Below the pieces are notes generated by a model. It had not been told where the DNA came from. It searched no databases and saw only the letters and a program-made list of their open reading frames with translations. A stretch of DNA of 64,000 nt. It comes from Anaeramoeba ignava BMAN (lineage: Eukaryota; Protista; Anaeramoebae). Both the position numbers and the translations under genes were made by a program. Shown here one piece after another: positions 1 to 13,600 of the stretch. Each line of letters starts with the position of its first letter. Position 1 is the first letter of the stretch. The DNA is taken from assembly GCA_028826165.1 (NCBI GenBank), contig JAPDFW010000008.1, positions 33,859 to 97,858 on the forward strand, given 5' to 3'.

Positions 1-2293
1 GAAAAACAGCACTTCATTTAGCATGTGAAAATGGAAGAATAAGATCTGTTATTGAACTTTCTAAATTATGGAGCAAATATTAATTTAACTTGCAATGTAT
101 ATTATTTATTTTATATTTATTCATTTTAAATTTATTTTATATTTGAAAAAATAATAAACAAAATAAATAGTTTGTATTTAATTATTTATTTAATAATTAA
201 TATCAAAATTAAATTTTAAATTTTAAATAAAAAAAAATAATTAGAATGTATTTTAATTTTTATTAAAATTAAATTAATTTAAATTTAAAATAAAATATTT
301 ATTTATATTTATATTTATATAGGGAGTTTGATTCAATTTAATAAATAAATAAATAAATAAATAAAATAATCCTTATTATTTTCCAAATTATTTTCCAAAT
401 TATTAGAAAGTAAATGAAAAATCCAAAAAATATAAATATAAATAATATAAATATAAATATAAATATAAATAATATAAATATAAATATAAATATAAAAATA
501 TTAGGAATGTGATCCACTTACAATTGCTGAAGAAAAGAAATATTCTGAAGTAGTACATATACTTAAGAAATATATAAATGGAGAAGATTATTCTTACGTT
601 TTAAGTGAATCACAAGATTTTATAGAAATTGAAAAACTATTACAAGAAAGTATCAAGAAAAAAGAAGAAGAAGAAGAAAAAGAAAAAGAAAAAGAAAAAG
701 AATCTCATAAAAAAAAAAGAAAAGCAAAAAGATCCAAAAAAAAACAAATTGAAAATCAAATTGAAATTGAAAATGAAATTGAAAATGAAAATGAAAATCA
801 AATTGAAAATGAAAATGAAAATGAAACAACAGAAAATGAAACAACAGAAAATGAAACAACAGAAACAGAAACAGATATTGAAAATGAAAATGATGATGAT
901 GATGATGATGAAAAACTAATTGATTTAACTTCAGCATTAATATTTAAACCATCATTGATAAAAGAAAATCCAACAAATAATGAAAACATTAATGTAGAAA
1001 TAAGTGAAAAAAAAGAACCAATTAATAATTTATCCGAAAATACAATTTCTGAAAATGGTATTAACTTAAATCTTATTAAGGCAAGAGAAAATTTAAGAAG
1101 TTTTTTAAGTTCAAAAGATCAAAAACTTGCCAAAATTCGAACAATTAAAAAGAATTTTAATGAACAAGGATTGAGTCTTATTGAAAATATTTTAATTCAA
1201 AAAAAGCAAAGTATTGAAAAAGAAAAAGAAAAAGAAAATCAAAATGAAAAAGAAAAATCAAAATCAAAATCAAAATCAAAATCAAAATCAAAATCAAAAT
1301 CAAAATCAAAAACCAGATAATAAATTAACTGATACAGATAAATTCAGAGAACAATTTAGCTTAACATCAAAAGATAGATTATTAGAATTTGATCCAAATT
1401 CATTAACAGATGTACAAAAAATAGGAGAAGGAGCATATGGAACTGTATTTAAAGCAAAAATGGATGAAATTGATGTTGCGATTAAATATTTCAAATTCAA
1501 ATTACAAAAGAAAGAAAGAGAAAGAGCAACATCAGAATTCAAAATTCTCAAATCATTAAATTATCCATTTATTGTTTCTTTTCTTGGATATAGTTTAAAT
1601 CCATATTGTATTATGATGGAATTTTGTGATCAAGGAAGTTTATCAGATTTAATTTATAATAACAAAATCGAATTTACTCAAGAAGAAATGTTTAAAATTT
1701 TCAAAGAAATCACATTTGCATTAATTTATCTTCATTCAAAACAAATTATCCATCGAGATCTTAAAAGTCAAAATATATTAATTGATCAACATGGAAGAGT
1801 AAAATTAGCAGATTTCGGATTAGCAACATTTACAGACTCAGAAAAACAATTATCAGCTGTTGGAACACCTAATTGGACAGCACCAGAAGTTCTTCAACGA
1901 TTAAAATATTCATATTCAGTAGATATTTTTTCAATTGGAATGATTATTTATGAAGTTACTCATAGAATAATTCCATTTGATAAACAAAATATTTTTGAAA
2001 TTATGATGAATATTCAAAATGGAATTAGACCATCTTTAAAAGATGATAATATTTTTAATGATATTATTGTTCAATGTTGGGCTCAAGATCCAAATGAAAG
2101 ACCTACTGCTACAGAATTACTTACAATGTTGAGTGATTTAGAAACACAAACTAAAAATCAAAATCAAAATCAAAATCAAAATTCAAATCAAAATCAAAAT
2201 CAAAATCAAAATCAAAATCAAAATCAAAATCAAAATCAAAATCAAAATCAAAATCAAAATCAAAATCAAAATCAAAATCAAAATCAAAATTAA
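1..2293 (+). CDS. Ankyrin-repeat plus TKL-group protein kinase, 5'-truncated by the window edge. Exons <1-96, 171-173, 245-247, 323-325, 407-409, 505-2293
   Basis: 1-96 reads KTALHLACENGRIRSVIEL/LNYGANINLTCN (one extra T near 58-60), with a GT donor at 97. After the TAG at 502-504 it reads ECDPLTIAEEKKYSEVVHILKKY, then an acidic linker with frameshifts in A-runs and the AATCAA tract. The kinase domain is intact: IGEGAYGTV, VAIK, HRDLKSQN, DFG, GTPNWTAPE. Poly-QN tail. Confidence 0.85.
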
Positions 2294-2440
2294 AATTAAA
2301 ATCAAAATCAAAATCAAAATTAAAATCAAAATCAAAATCAAAATCAAAATCAAAATCAAAATCAAAATTAAAATCAAAATCAAAATCAAAATCAAAATTA
2401 AAATCAAAATCAAAATCAAAATCAAAATCAAAATTAAATT
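2156..2440 (+). repeat. (AATCAA)n hexamer tract running through the kinase stop codon
   Basis: Seen directly. Encodes QN repeats until a CAA>TAA variant at 2291-2293. Confidence 0.95.
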
Positions 2441-2485
2441 CAAAATATTTGTAAAATTTATTTGAAAAGAAAAAAAAAACAATCT

Positions 2486-4307
2486 TCAATTTTTATCAAG
2501 TAAATTAGTTTTAGGATCATCATTTTCATTAATTTCTTCATTTGGATTTTGTAATTGATTTTGAATTTTTGACATTTCTTCTTGAATTTGATTAATTTCG
2601 ATTTGATTTCCACAATAACCTCCATTTAAAAAAAGTTCAGAAACATAAAATAAATCATTATAATTAGCAAAAGATTTTAAATGAATTTTAGAAGGAGGAA
2701 TTTTTGAAAATAATAAATGAATCCAATTTTTACAACAACCTTTTGAAAAAGGATTTTGAATATCTTTATAAATATTTCGATACTTTTTTTTTTGATAAAA
2801 ATTCAAATAAATAAAATGAATAAATAAAATGAATAAAATTAATTTCTTACATATTCTCTTGTTGTTAAATTTTTAGAAACTAAATAACAATGAAAAAAGG
2901 TTAATTTTGATAAATACATTGAAAAAGGAAGAGAATAAATTGTTAATAAATAACTATAGATTTTTTTAAAGAAAAAGAATTTGAATAATTTTTTGATAGT
3001 TTTGATTAAAATTAATAAAAAAAACCTTGCTAATGTTTTCACAAATGCTTCAGAAAATGTTTTTTCTTTCGTAAGAATAATAATATGAAGAATTGAAACA
3101 ACAAAAACAAAAAATATTGAAAGAGTTACAAAAATTAAGAAAAGAAAGAAAAATCTATAATTTCTTATTCCTAAATCACATCCAACCCATCCACCTTTTT
3201 TTTTTAAAAAAAATAACCAAAACATGAAAAGAAAGAAAAAATTTAAAAATCGGATAAAAATTTTTTAAAAATCGGATAAAAATTTTTTTACAATGATGAT
3301 CAAATTTTTGAACACAATTATCACAAATAGAACAATGAGAAGCACGAGGAGATCTATAAATATTGCAAGTATCTAAAAAATAAAAACAAATAAAATATTT
3401 ATATTTTATATTTTGAATTTCTTTTTTTTTTTGAATTTTTACCACAATAAGGTAATTCAAAAGTATTATTTTGAAATTCAAAAGGTTTTGTTTCAGGAAT
3501 ATGTTGAAAAGATCCCTAAAAATATAAAATATTAATATTAAATATTAATATAAAATATTAAATAATAAAATATTAAATATAAATAATAAATATTAAATAT
3601 AAAATAATAAATATTAATATTAAATATTAATATAAATATAAATAATAAATATAAATATAAAATATAAAATATTAAATATAAAATATTAAATATTAAATAT
3701 AAATATTAAATAATAAATATAAATATAAAATATAAATATTAAATATTAAATAATAAATATAAATATTAAATATAAAATATTAAATATAAAATATTAAATA
3801 TAAAAATATTAAATATATAAAAATATAAATATAAATATTAAATATAAATAATAAATATTAAATATTAAATATTAAATATTAAATAATAAATATTAAATAT
3901 TAAATATTAAATATTAAATATTAATATAAAATATTAATATGCACTGAAAAATATGTATCACGAGGAATAATTCCAGGTTCAATAAAAGAAGTTAATAACA
4001 AAGAAAGATTAACAGCAATAAAAAGAAAAAGAGCAACCAAAAAAATAGAAAAATGGATAATTTTAATAGAAGGATAAGCAGTAAAAATAATAAATAAAAT
4101 AAAAGGAATATTAAAGATAAATTCAGTAACAATTAAAGTTTTCCAATCAGGCCCAGTAAATAATTTTCCAGAACAACAAAACCTATTATTTCCTGGCCAA
4201 ACTTGATAAATTTTTAATTTTGAATGAAGAGTATGATTTTGATTTTGATTTTCAATTTGATTTTGATTAACAAATTCAAAATGTGTTTCAACTAAATTAT
4301 TATTCAT
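2486..4307 (-). CDS. DHHC palmitoyltransferase (ERF2/ZDHHC9-like), about 361 aa. Exons 4307-3945, 3515-3443, 3372-3292, 3194-3026, 2953-2851, 2782-2486
   Basis: [23 protein letters not shown]-terminus, [64 protein letters not shown]. All intron phases are consistent. Confidence 0.92.
3516..3944. repeat. A/T-only low-complexity repeat (AAATATT-like) filling DHHC intron 1
   Basis: Seen directly between the GT donor at 3944 and the AG at 3516. Confidence 0.9.
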
Positions 4308-4399
4308 TTAAAAAAAAAGAAAAAAAATGAAAAATAAAATTTTTTTTTGAAATATTTTTTTTCATTTTTTTTCATTTTTCTTACTTTCCAAAATTTTCA

Positions 4400-6802
4400 A
4401 TGAATTTCTTTTTCTTTTTTCTTTTCATTTCTTTATTTTTTTTCTATCAAATTTATACTCAAACTTGTATTTGGAATACAGAAAATCATAGTTATAATTT
4501 AACATCATTAAGAAAATCAAATGGAAATTTTCAATATTATAATTTAAATGATGATATTTTATTTGAATTAAATTTGTGTGGAGGATTAAATACAATTTCT
4601 CAAACTATTTGCCCTTGTTGTACTCTTTATTCTCAATTAACAGGTTATACAATGACCCAAAATTACTCGTGTACAGCTTGGGGTGATTTTGTAAATGGAG
4701 AGAGTTGGGATTATATTGGTATACAAAAATATTAATTTTACATCTTTCTTTCTAAATCCATAATTTTGATAAAAATGTTTTTTTCTTGATTTAAATGAAA
4801 AAAAATTGGATCAATAAAAATTTGATTTCGGATCATAAATTTAAAATTTAATTCAATTCAAAATTAAATTTAAATTTAATTTTAAAATTAAATTCAAAAT
4901 TAAATTCAAAATTAAAATTCAAAATTCAAAAATTAAAATTAAAATTAAAATTAAATTCAAAATTAAATTTAAAATAAAATTCAAAATTAAATTCAAAATA
5001 AAATTCAATTCAAAATTCAAAATTCAAAATTAAATTCAAAATTAAATTTAAAATTAAATTTAAAATTAAATTTAAAATTAAATTCAAAATTAAATTCAAT
5101 ATTAAATTCAAAATTAAATTCAAAAATTCAAAATTAATTAAAAATTAAATTCAAAATTCAAAATTAAATTCAAAATTAAATTTAAAATTAAATTCAAAAT
5201 TAAAATTAAAATTAAATACAAAATTAAATTAAAAATTAAATACAAAATTAAATTCAAAATTAAATTCAAAATTAAATCCAAAATTAAATCCAAAATTAAA
5301 TATAAAATTAAATTCAAAATTAAATTTAAAATTAAATCCAAAATTAAATATAAAATTAAATTCAAAATTCAAAATTAAATTCAAAATTAAATCCAAAATT
5401 AAATTCAAAATTAAATTAAAAATTTAATCAAAAGATGGAGATAATCCTGGAATGGGAATTACCTTAACTTATAAAACACTCACAATTCATGGGCAGATTA
5501 ACAGATCGATGTCTTATAATTTCTTCTGTAATGATGAAGAAGTTTTTCGGTTGATTTCTGCTTTTATTGAAGATACAATACCACCTCAAATACATATTAA
5601 TGTTGCTAGTAAATTTTCTTGTTTGGAACCCACTTCATCTCCTCAACCTTCTCCTACTACTGATCCTGGTCTCTGTAAGACTATTACACAGAATGAATTG
5701 TATGATCTTAGAAAACTTAAGGGTCAATATCTTTATCGTGATTATTGGACTCAAAATTTATATTTTGTTTCAATTTGTGAAAATGTTTTTAATATTTCAA
5801 ATTGTCCTGTAATTTTTCTTTTCAAAATAAATTAAAATTAAAATTAAAATTAAAATCGGATAAAAAATTAAAATTAAAATTAAAATTTAAATTAAAATTA
5901 AAATTAAAATTTAAATCGGATAAAAAATTAAAATTAATATTAAATTTATAATTAAAATTAAAATTAAAATTAAAATTAAAATTAAAATTAAAATTAAAAT
6001 TAAAAATTAAAATTAAAATTAAAATTAAAATTTATTTATAAAATTAAAATTAAAATTAAAATCGGATAAAAAATTTAAATTAAAATTAAAATTAAAATTA
6101 AAAATTAAAATTAAAATTCAAAATTAAAATTCATTTATAAAATTAAAATTAAAATTAAAATTAAAATTAAAATTAAAAAAATTAAAATTAAAATTAAAAT
6201 TTAAATTAAAATTAAAATTAAAATTAAAATTAAAATTAAAATTAAAATTAAAATCGGATAAAAAATTAAAAATATTTTAGTGTTGTGTTGAAAATACAAC
6301 AACTGGATGGCTTTTAAAAAGTGATGGAAATTGTACTAAACTAGGATTATTAAATACATCATTATATACACCACTTCCAGGAAGTGAAACACCAGAAGAT
6401 GGAGTTGGATTAAATTATCAATATATATTAACAAATGGAACAGTAACACATGAACAAAAATATCAATTCATTTGTGATATTGATGCTAATCCAGGATATA
6501 TTTTGAGTATAATTGATTTGGCAATTAATCCTCCATCAACAGAAATCACATTTGTAACTTCTCATTCTTGTCCTTTAGATCCCTTCTCCCCTTTTCCTAC
6601 TCCTTCTCCTTGCCCTAAATGGTCTCCTTGTGCTGAAACTAATTGTCCTACTCCTTCTCTTTTGACTTCTTCTTCTACTACTGGAATGAAAGGTAGTTAT
6701 GTTTTCCTTGTTATTTTAATGGTTGGTTTAATTACTTTTATTGGTGGTTGGTTTTTCCATAAATTTAAATCTGATAAAAATCAAAATTATCAAAATCTTT
6801 AA
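4400..6802 (+). CDS. Type I membrane protein with two MRH-like (mannose-6-phosphate receptor/ATG27) domains, about 404 aa. Exons 4400-4718, 5435-5808, 6281-6802
   Basis: Signal peptide. Repeated C..(x)YNLTSL....F.LNLCG and C..(x)YDLRKL....YFVSICE motifs, each ending SKFSC or TSHSC. Pro/Ser/Thr stalk, TM helix (YVFLVILMVGLITFIGGWFF) and C-terminal YQNL (YxxPhi) sorting motif. Phases are consistent. Confidence 0.75.
4840..5430. repeat. (AAATTCAAAATT)n 12-mer satellite in intron 1 of the MRH gene
   Basis: Seen directly. Confidence 0.9.
5825..6275. repeat. (AAAATT)n satellite in intron 2 of the MRH gene, punctuated four times by ATCGGATAAAAA
   Basis: Seen directly. Confidence 0.9.
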
Positions 6803-7610
6803 AAAACCAAATTATTTTTTTTTTTCATTCCACTTTTTTTTTTTGCTTTTTTTTTCTTTAATAATTAAAAATTTCTTTAAAATTTATTTGAATTTCATTT
6901 AAAAAGTTTTTCCATAAATTTAAATCTTTAAAAAAACAAAATTATTTTTTTCTTTTCATTCCACTTTTTTTTTTACTTTTATTTTATAATTAAAAATTTA
7001 TTTGAATTTCATTTAAAAAGTTTTTCCATAAATTTAAATCTTTAAAAACCAAAAAATATTTTTTTTTCTTTTCATTCCACTTTTTTTACTTTTTTTTTCT
7101 TTAATAATTAAAAATTTCTTTAAAATTTATTTTAATTTTTATTTAAAAAGTTTTTCCATAAATTTAAATCTTTAAAAAAACAAAATTATTTTTTTTTTTC
7201 ATTCCACTTTTTTTTTTACTTTTATTTTATAATTAAAAATTTATTTTAATTTCATTTAAAAAGTTTTTCCATAAATTTAAATCTTTAAAAAACCAAAATT
7301 ATTTTTTTCTTTTCATTCCACTTTTTTTACTTTTTTTTTCTTTAATAATTAAAAATTTCTTTAAAATTTATTTTTATTTTTATTTAAAAAGTTTTTCCAT
7401 AAATTTAAATCTTTAAAAAAACAAAATTTATTTTTTTTTTTTCATTCCACTTTTTTTATTATTTTTATTTTATAATTAAAAATTTATTTTAATTTCATTT
7501 AAAAAGTTTTTCCATAAATTTAAATCTTTAAAAACCAAAATTATTTTTTCTTTTCATTCCACTTTTTTATTATTTTTATTTTATAATTAAAAATTTATTT
7601 TTATTTAAAA
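6751..7610. repeat. About 7-copy tandem array (113-130 bp units, alternating to give a dimer of about 243 bp) of the intergenic region between the convergent MRH and USP-like genes
   Basis: GTTTTTCCATAAATTTAAATCT recurs near 6751, 6907, 7020, 7150, 7263, 7391 and 7506. TTCATTCCACTTTTT occurs in each unit. Confidence 0.92.
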
Positions 7611-10600
7611 ATTAATAATAATTGTAATTTTTCAATTTCATTATTGGAATATATTATTCGAATTTTTGCTAAAATTTTATCTGAACGAAGAAATTCTCTT
7701 GCAAAATGAAGTCTTTGTTGTTGGAATTGATCTTTAATATTAATAATTTCCTCAAGAATTTGAGATGCATAAAGATTTTTATTCATAATAGAATTTGCAC
7801 AAATCATTGAAAAATTTCGAGATGTTGAAAGATCATCTAAACAAATTTTGCAAATTAATTTTGGAAGAAGTTCTGGATTGACTTTAAATTGGATGCTATG
7901 AAGAATAAGTTGATGATATTTAACAGAAATTTCATCAAGAAAATCAGAAAAAACATCCTTTTTGGAAATATTTGAAAGAGTGAAATAAATAATTTCAATT
8001 AATAAAGTGAGGAACTGATAATAACTTGGATTTGGAATATTTGGAAGAGATAAATAGGATCTTGTCAATTCATTGATGACTTGAGTTTGAACAATAAAAT
8101 TTGATTGATTTTCTCCCAATTGAGTAAAATGTGAAATTATCCAAAGATGAATTAAAGGAGGAATAAATCCATGCAAATGAATCAATGAATCCTCACAAAC
8201 AAATTTAACAAATTGAAAAATATCCCGATTTGGCAATTGATTATCTTTAGTTTCATTCAAAAACAACGAAATCAATTCAGCCGCAGATTCATGATGCTTT
8301 GGAATAGTTGTGATTAGCCAGTGTTTTCTTTTCACTTCATTAAGAAACCATAAACAATTCCTCTTTGTTATAAATGGAAACTTTTTCATGAATTGAATAA
8401 CTTGATTTGCTGATACTTGTCGACTTGATGATTGGAAATAAATCTTGAAAACAAGATTCATAAACATTTGGAAATTCCGAAATGCTTTTTCTTCTTTTTC
8501 ACTTATATCTTCAATAGAATCCAAATAGAATTGGTTTTTGTTGATCAAATCAAAAACAAATTTGAAATGCGATGAAGAAAAAAGTGCAGAAATAGATCGT
8601 GGATCCTTGATTGAATATTCATCCTGAATACTTTTTTCACTTTGTATTTTTGCTTGCAATTTTTGCTTTTTATAAATCAATAAAACAGATGTTGTATCCA
8701 AACTAGAAAAAACATTTGGAGAGTTTTGTTTGTTTACAACAAATATCTTTCGATTGGAAAACATATAGAAATTTTGATTTGATTGATCCATTTTTTCAGA
8801 TGGCAGTCTAACTAAAGAAGAGAAAAAATTAACTCGATCCTTGTTTTGATTTTGAAGAATTAATCCATTTAAACCATAAGTTTTTTTTGTTCCGTTTTTA
8901 GTGTTTTCATTTTGAGAAGAAAACTGAGTTAAATCAATAAGTTCTGGAAAATCTATTGTTTCTGGAATTTGTAAATTTGCTTTTCTTTGAATATGAAAAA
9001 TCATCATTTCAGGAAATTTGATGATGATTCTTTGTTTGATTCCTTGGACATTTTTTGAACAAGATGGACAATAAAATTCCTTTTCAATTTTTTTGAAATA
9101 ATGAACCAGAAAATCATCCAAATTATGATAAATTGAAGGATCGATTTGTAAAATGAAGTGATGTTTTTGTCTTGGAAAAAAATGTGTTGAATTTTCTGAG
9201 CATAAAGATTCTGAACTAGTAATCAAAGTGAAGAAATGATTGATAATTGACTGATTTTCAGAATTTAATTTCTCAAAAATGGAGTTGATGATTGAATCAA
9301 GATTGTGTGTTTTAAGTGGAGAGTTTGGAATAAATTGTTGAAACGAAGAAAAGTTGAAGAAAAAAGAAGATAATTTTTGCATGAGAATAAAAACGGCGTT
9401 TAATTTGTGAGAAAGAGATGATTTGTTATCATTTTCAATTTGGATTTCATTTTCAATTTGGATTTCATTATTATTATTATTGTTATTGTTATTGTTGTTA
9501 TTGTTATTTTCATTTTCAAAATATTTTCTTTTATCTGATAAAAATTCATTTGATATGATCAATTTCCGAAATTTTTTGATAAAAAATAATTGCTGAATAA
9601 TAAAATCAATGGGTATATCTTCAGATTTGAATCCTGTTTGGATCGCTATTTCTTGATTTGCAAAATTTTCTTCTTCAAGTGTTGATAAATCCAAAAGTTT
9701 TGAAATTTTATCTTCTGGAATGAATTGAGAAACATTCTTTTCAAAATGGAATAAATTTTGATATTCAATTTGTGTAATTTCAATGAGATTTTCAGGATCA
9801 TTAGCAAGTAAATTCAAAATATGGAAACCAATTTGGATTGAGCGCTTTGTTTTGCACTTTGGCAAATGATTGGAATGAAGAGTATTTTTTGGAACCATTT
9901 TGAAGATACACTGAAAAAAGAGTTCATCAATGAGTCCACATTCTTTGGCAAGATAACGTTCCATTCCTTTAATTTGTTGCATCATAAGAAATAGGGAATT
10001 GAGAAGAAGCTCAAAACTTTTGCCTCCATCTTGCAATGCTGGATCATGTGATTTGATGAAATTTGTGTAAAAACGGAAATAATTCAAAATTTTTTCTTTG
10101 TCAAGAATCGGTTTCCATTGCTTCTCTTTCTTTTGCAAAATTTTGTGGAAAAATTGCAAGAAAACTTCATAACAATGAATATTTTTGTTGAGAAAGGGAA
10201 AAAATCCATATAATAAGGCAGCAAGATATTCTCTTGAATTAGAAATTGATTTGAAAAGAATTGAATTATCATTCTCGAGAATTTCTGAATTGCTATTTTG
10301 TATGACAACAAACAATTCCAAAGGGAAATGGGTTGAATGGAATATTTTCAGAATAAAATGGATGCATGTTTTTTGGTATTCTAGGATTTTGTTCGTGATA
10401 AGAAAAGAAAAGATCCACAAATGGAAAGATTTTGGCAAACAAGAGAGAGTAAAAGTTTCAATGTTATCAAATATCAAATTGAGAAGAGTGAAAGATTCAT
10501 CAATAATAGCCTTGAAATTTTCTTCGATTTTCTGCTCAATTTTCAAATATCTGTTGAGAATCTCAATCAAAATATGCAAAAGATTGAATAGTGACGCGAT

Positions 10601-13600
10601 AAATGAGCTTAAATATCCTTGTTTTGTTAAAAGTTGCTGTTGGAAATTCATAAAAAGAAGAGGATTGATTGTTGTTGGTGAATTAGGGATTCCAAACGGA
10701 ATTTGGAGGATTTGCGACAAGGAAAAATGGATAGGATTCAATAAATGGAGATTATCGAGTTCAATCAAATATGATTCAATTTCTTGGTTTGTTTTCTTGA
10801 GAATAAATGTGTTTTTTCCTGGGAAATCACATTGTATTTGCTGCGGAGTTTGGGGATCATATTCCTTCTGCAATTCTGCAAATAGAGGAATTTCCAATTT
10901 TGTCTTGATATAATAAACAACAACATCCATCAAATGCCGAATTCCTTGGGATTCAATAAATTGATTGCACCATTCCACATTTTTTATGCTTGAAATGTGC
11001 GTGAATTGAATAGGGAATTTCTCTTGATATTTTTCAAACGAAATGAACTTCAAATGATCAATTATCTGAAGTCCATATAGTAATTCCTGTTCTTTTTGTT
11101 TAGGTAAAAGAGAATCCCAATCATCAAGATTCATATTTTTGGGAAAATTGAGAAATTTCTGAAGAAAATTGTGACTTGTTGGGAGTTGTTGAATTAAATA
11201 CCAAGATGGCTTTATAAAAGATGGATCTAGTTCAATTAATTTCCAAAAAAACGAGAAATAGTTCATAAAAATATCTTCTAGTGAAAAAGGTGATGACTTT
11301 TTTGTTGTTGTTGTTTTTTTTTTAACAAAAGAAAATGATGAAAAAAAATTAGAATTGAATATTTAATGAAATGAATTGAATATTATTTAAGGAAATGAAT
11401 ATAATATTTAATGAAATGAATTGAATATTTAAGGAAATGAATTGAATATTTAAGGAAATTAATTGAATATTTAATGAAATGAATTGAATAATATTTAATG
11501 AAATGAATATAATATTTAAGGAAATGAATTGAATATTTAATGAATTGAATATATTATTTAATGAAATGAATTGAATATTTAATGAAATGAATTGAATATT
11601 TAATGAAATGAATTAAATATTTAAGGAAATGAATTGAATATTTAATGAATTGAATAATATTTAAGGAATTGAATATTATTTAAGGAAATGAATATAATAT
11701 TTAATGAAATGAATAGAATATTTAAGGAAATGAATTGAATATTTAATGAAATGAATTGAATATTTAAGGAATTGAATATTATTTAATGAATTGAATATTT
11801 AATGAATTGAATAATATTTAAGGAATTGAATAATATTTAAGGAAATGAATTGAATATTTAAGGAAATGAATTGAATATTTAATGAATTGAATTGAATTGA
11901 ATATTTAATGAAATGAATATAATATTTAAGGAAATGAAATGAATATTTAATGAATTGAATTGAATATTTAATGAAATGAATTAAATATTTAAGGAAATTA
12001 ATTGAATAATATTTAAGGAAATTAATTGAATAATATTTAATGAAATGAATATTATTTAATGAAATGAATTAAATATTTAAGGAAATGAATAGAATATTAT
12101 TTAAGGAAATGAATTGAATATTATTTAATGAATTGAATATTATTTAAGGAATTGAATATTTAAGGAAATGAAAAGAAACAAACTTGAGAAAATGATTGAT
12201 TGGAAATTTCTGGATGTAAATTGTCTTCAATAAGAACAATATCACCAATAGAATCAACTGTAGGAAACAAACCTAGTTTTTTAAGATTCACATCAACAAA
12301 TCCATTAAATTTTGATTCAATCAAAATGACAAATTGCTTCAGCAATACATTTGAAGGAATATAGACCTTCGTTTTGTAAAATTTCCCATCGTTAGGGTTT
12401 GTAAACGAGATCACTTTGGATATTTCTCGAGTATTTGAGTTGAGATAGTGAGGAAATTGTGTCAATTTGTTAACGTTTTTGTGCTGATAAGTTTGAAGTA
12501 TGTTTGACAAAATGGAAAATATTTTAGACACTTTTTTTTGGGAATCTTCAAGTGATTCTTGCCCAAATTTCTTGATAACATGATTTAACTTTTTGATTTC
12601 TCTCTTGATTAATTTGGATAATATTTTGGGGATTTGGAAATAATCCATTAAATATCGAATGGAATTTCTCTCAACTTTTGGATCATCGCATTCCGAAATT
12701 ATTAAAAATAAAAGATTGATTTGATTTTCCAGCGAGTTTTGGTTTGGAATGCGAGACAACTTGATAAAATGATCCCATTCATCGATTGTGATTGTTTTGA
12801 AATTGAAATTCTGAATGACAAAGTCCAACAAATTCTGGTTTTCAAACTGATCCATTTTGATATCATATTGCGCATTGATTTGCTCATGTTTCATAAAAAA
12901 CTCCAAAAAAAGTGTTCTTTCCCGCAAGTTTTGAGGATGGAAAATAAACTCCTCTATCAATTTTGTCAAGATGGAGTTGCTAATTTTGAGCGCAAATTTC
13001 TCATTCAAAAAACTGAGAAAAGATTGTAAATGAGAAATTGGATCAGAATTTGTGTTTTGATTTTCGGGTTGTTTGCGTAAATTGAGCTGGTAAAAAATCT
13101 CTTGAAGAACTAATTCCATCAAATTTTGTGCAAACAATCGCAGTTGCTTTGAAGGAGTTCCTGGGAAGTTGTTTTGGATATCAAGTTTGATAATTTCAAA
13201 TGATGATTTTAAATTTTGGTGAAATTTGATATTTTCCTTCATTTGGTTCTCATATAATTGTCTCGACATAAAGGGAATCAGCGTCAAGAAATATTCCATG
13301 ATTTGCTTCTGCAGATCTTCCGAGACTTGTGAGTCTTCTGAAATACGGTTCCATATCACTGGAATTCCAATGAAATCATAAACTTTTTTTTCAATTTTTG
13401 CGGATTGGAATTTTTTCTGATCAAGCAACTTCAGTATTTCAAGATGTATTGCTGAAAAAACCCGATCTTCCACACTTTTTAATCTCTCGCATATTAACTG
13501 TAGATTTCCGTCAGTGCCATAACTGGAAATTGTTTGAAACAGAGGTAGAAAAATTTCTAACGGAAATGATGGATCGGGATTTTGCAAAAATTTTGAGCAT

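Noticed and set aside
629-989. Poly-K, poly-H/F and poly-S ORFs
   Set aside because: Off-frame or antisense readings of the acidic kinase linker.
58-1315. Programmed frameshifting in the kinase gene (also RCC1-BTB A/B and the TRRAP-like gene)
   Set aside because: The breaks sit in homopolymers or microsatellites, typical of long-read consensus error. Cannot be separated from real mutations without reads.
2151-2489. (FD)n and (IL)n ORFs, and similar LILN, FN, LK and IIYK ORFs at 5138, 28388-28859, 29650-29950, 50222-51850 and 59156
   Set aside because: Stop-free frames of microsatellites, with no start context or domain.
10185-10913. 242-aa plus-strand ORF
   Set aside because: Antisense shadow of the USP-like exon, with no recognisable motifs.
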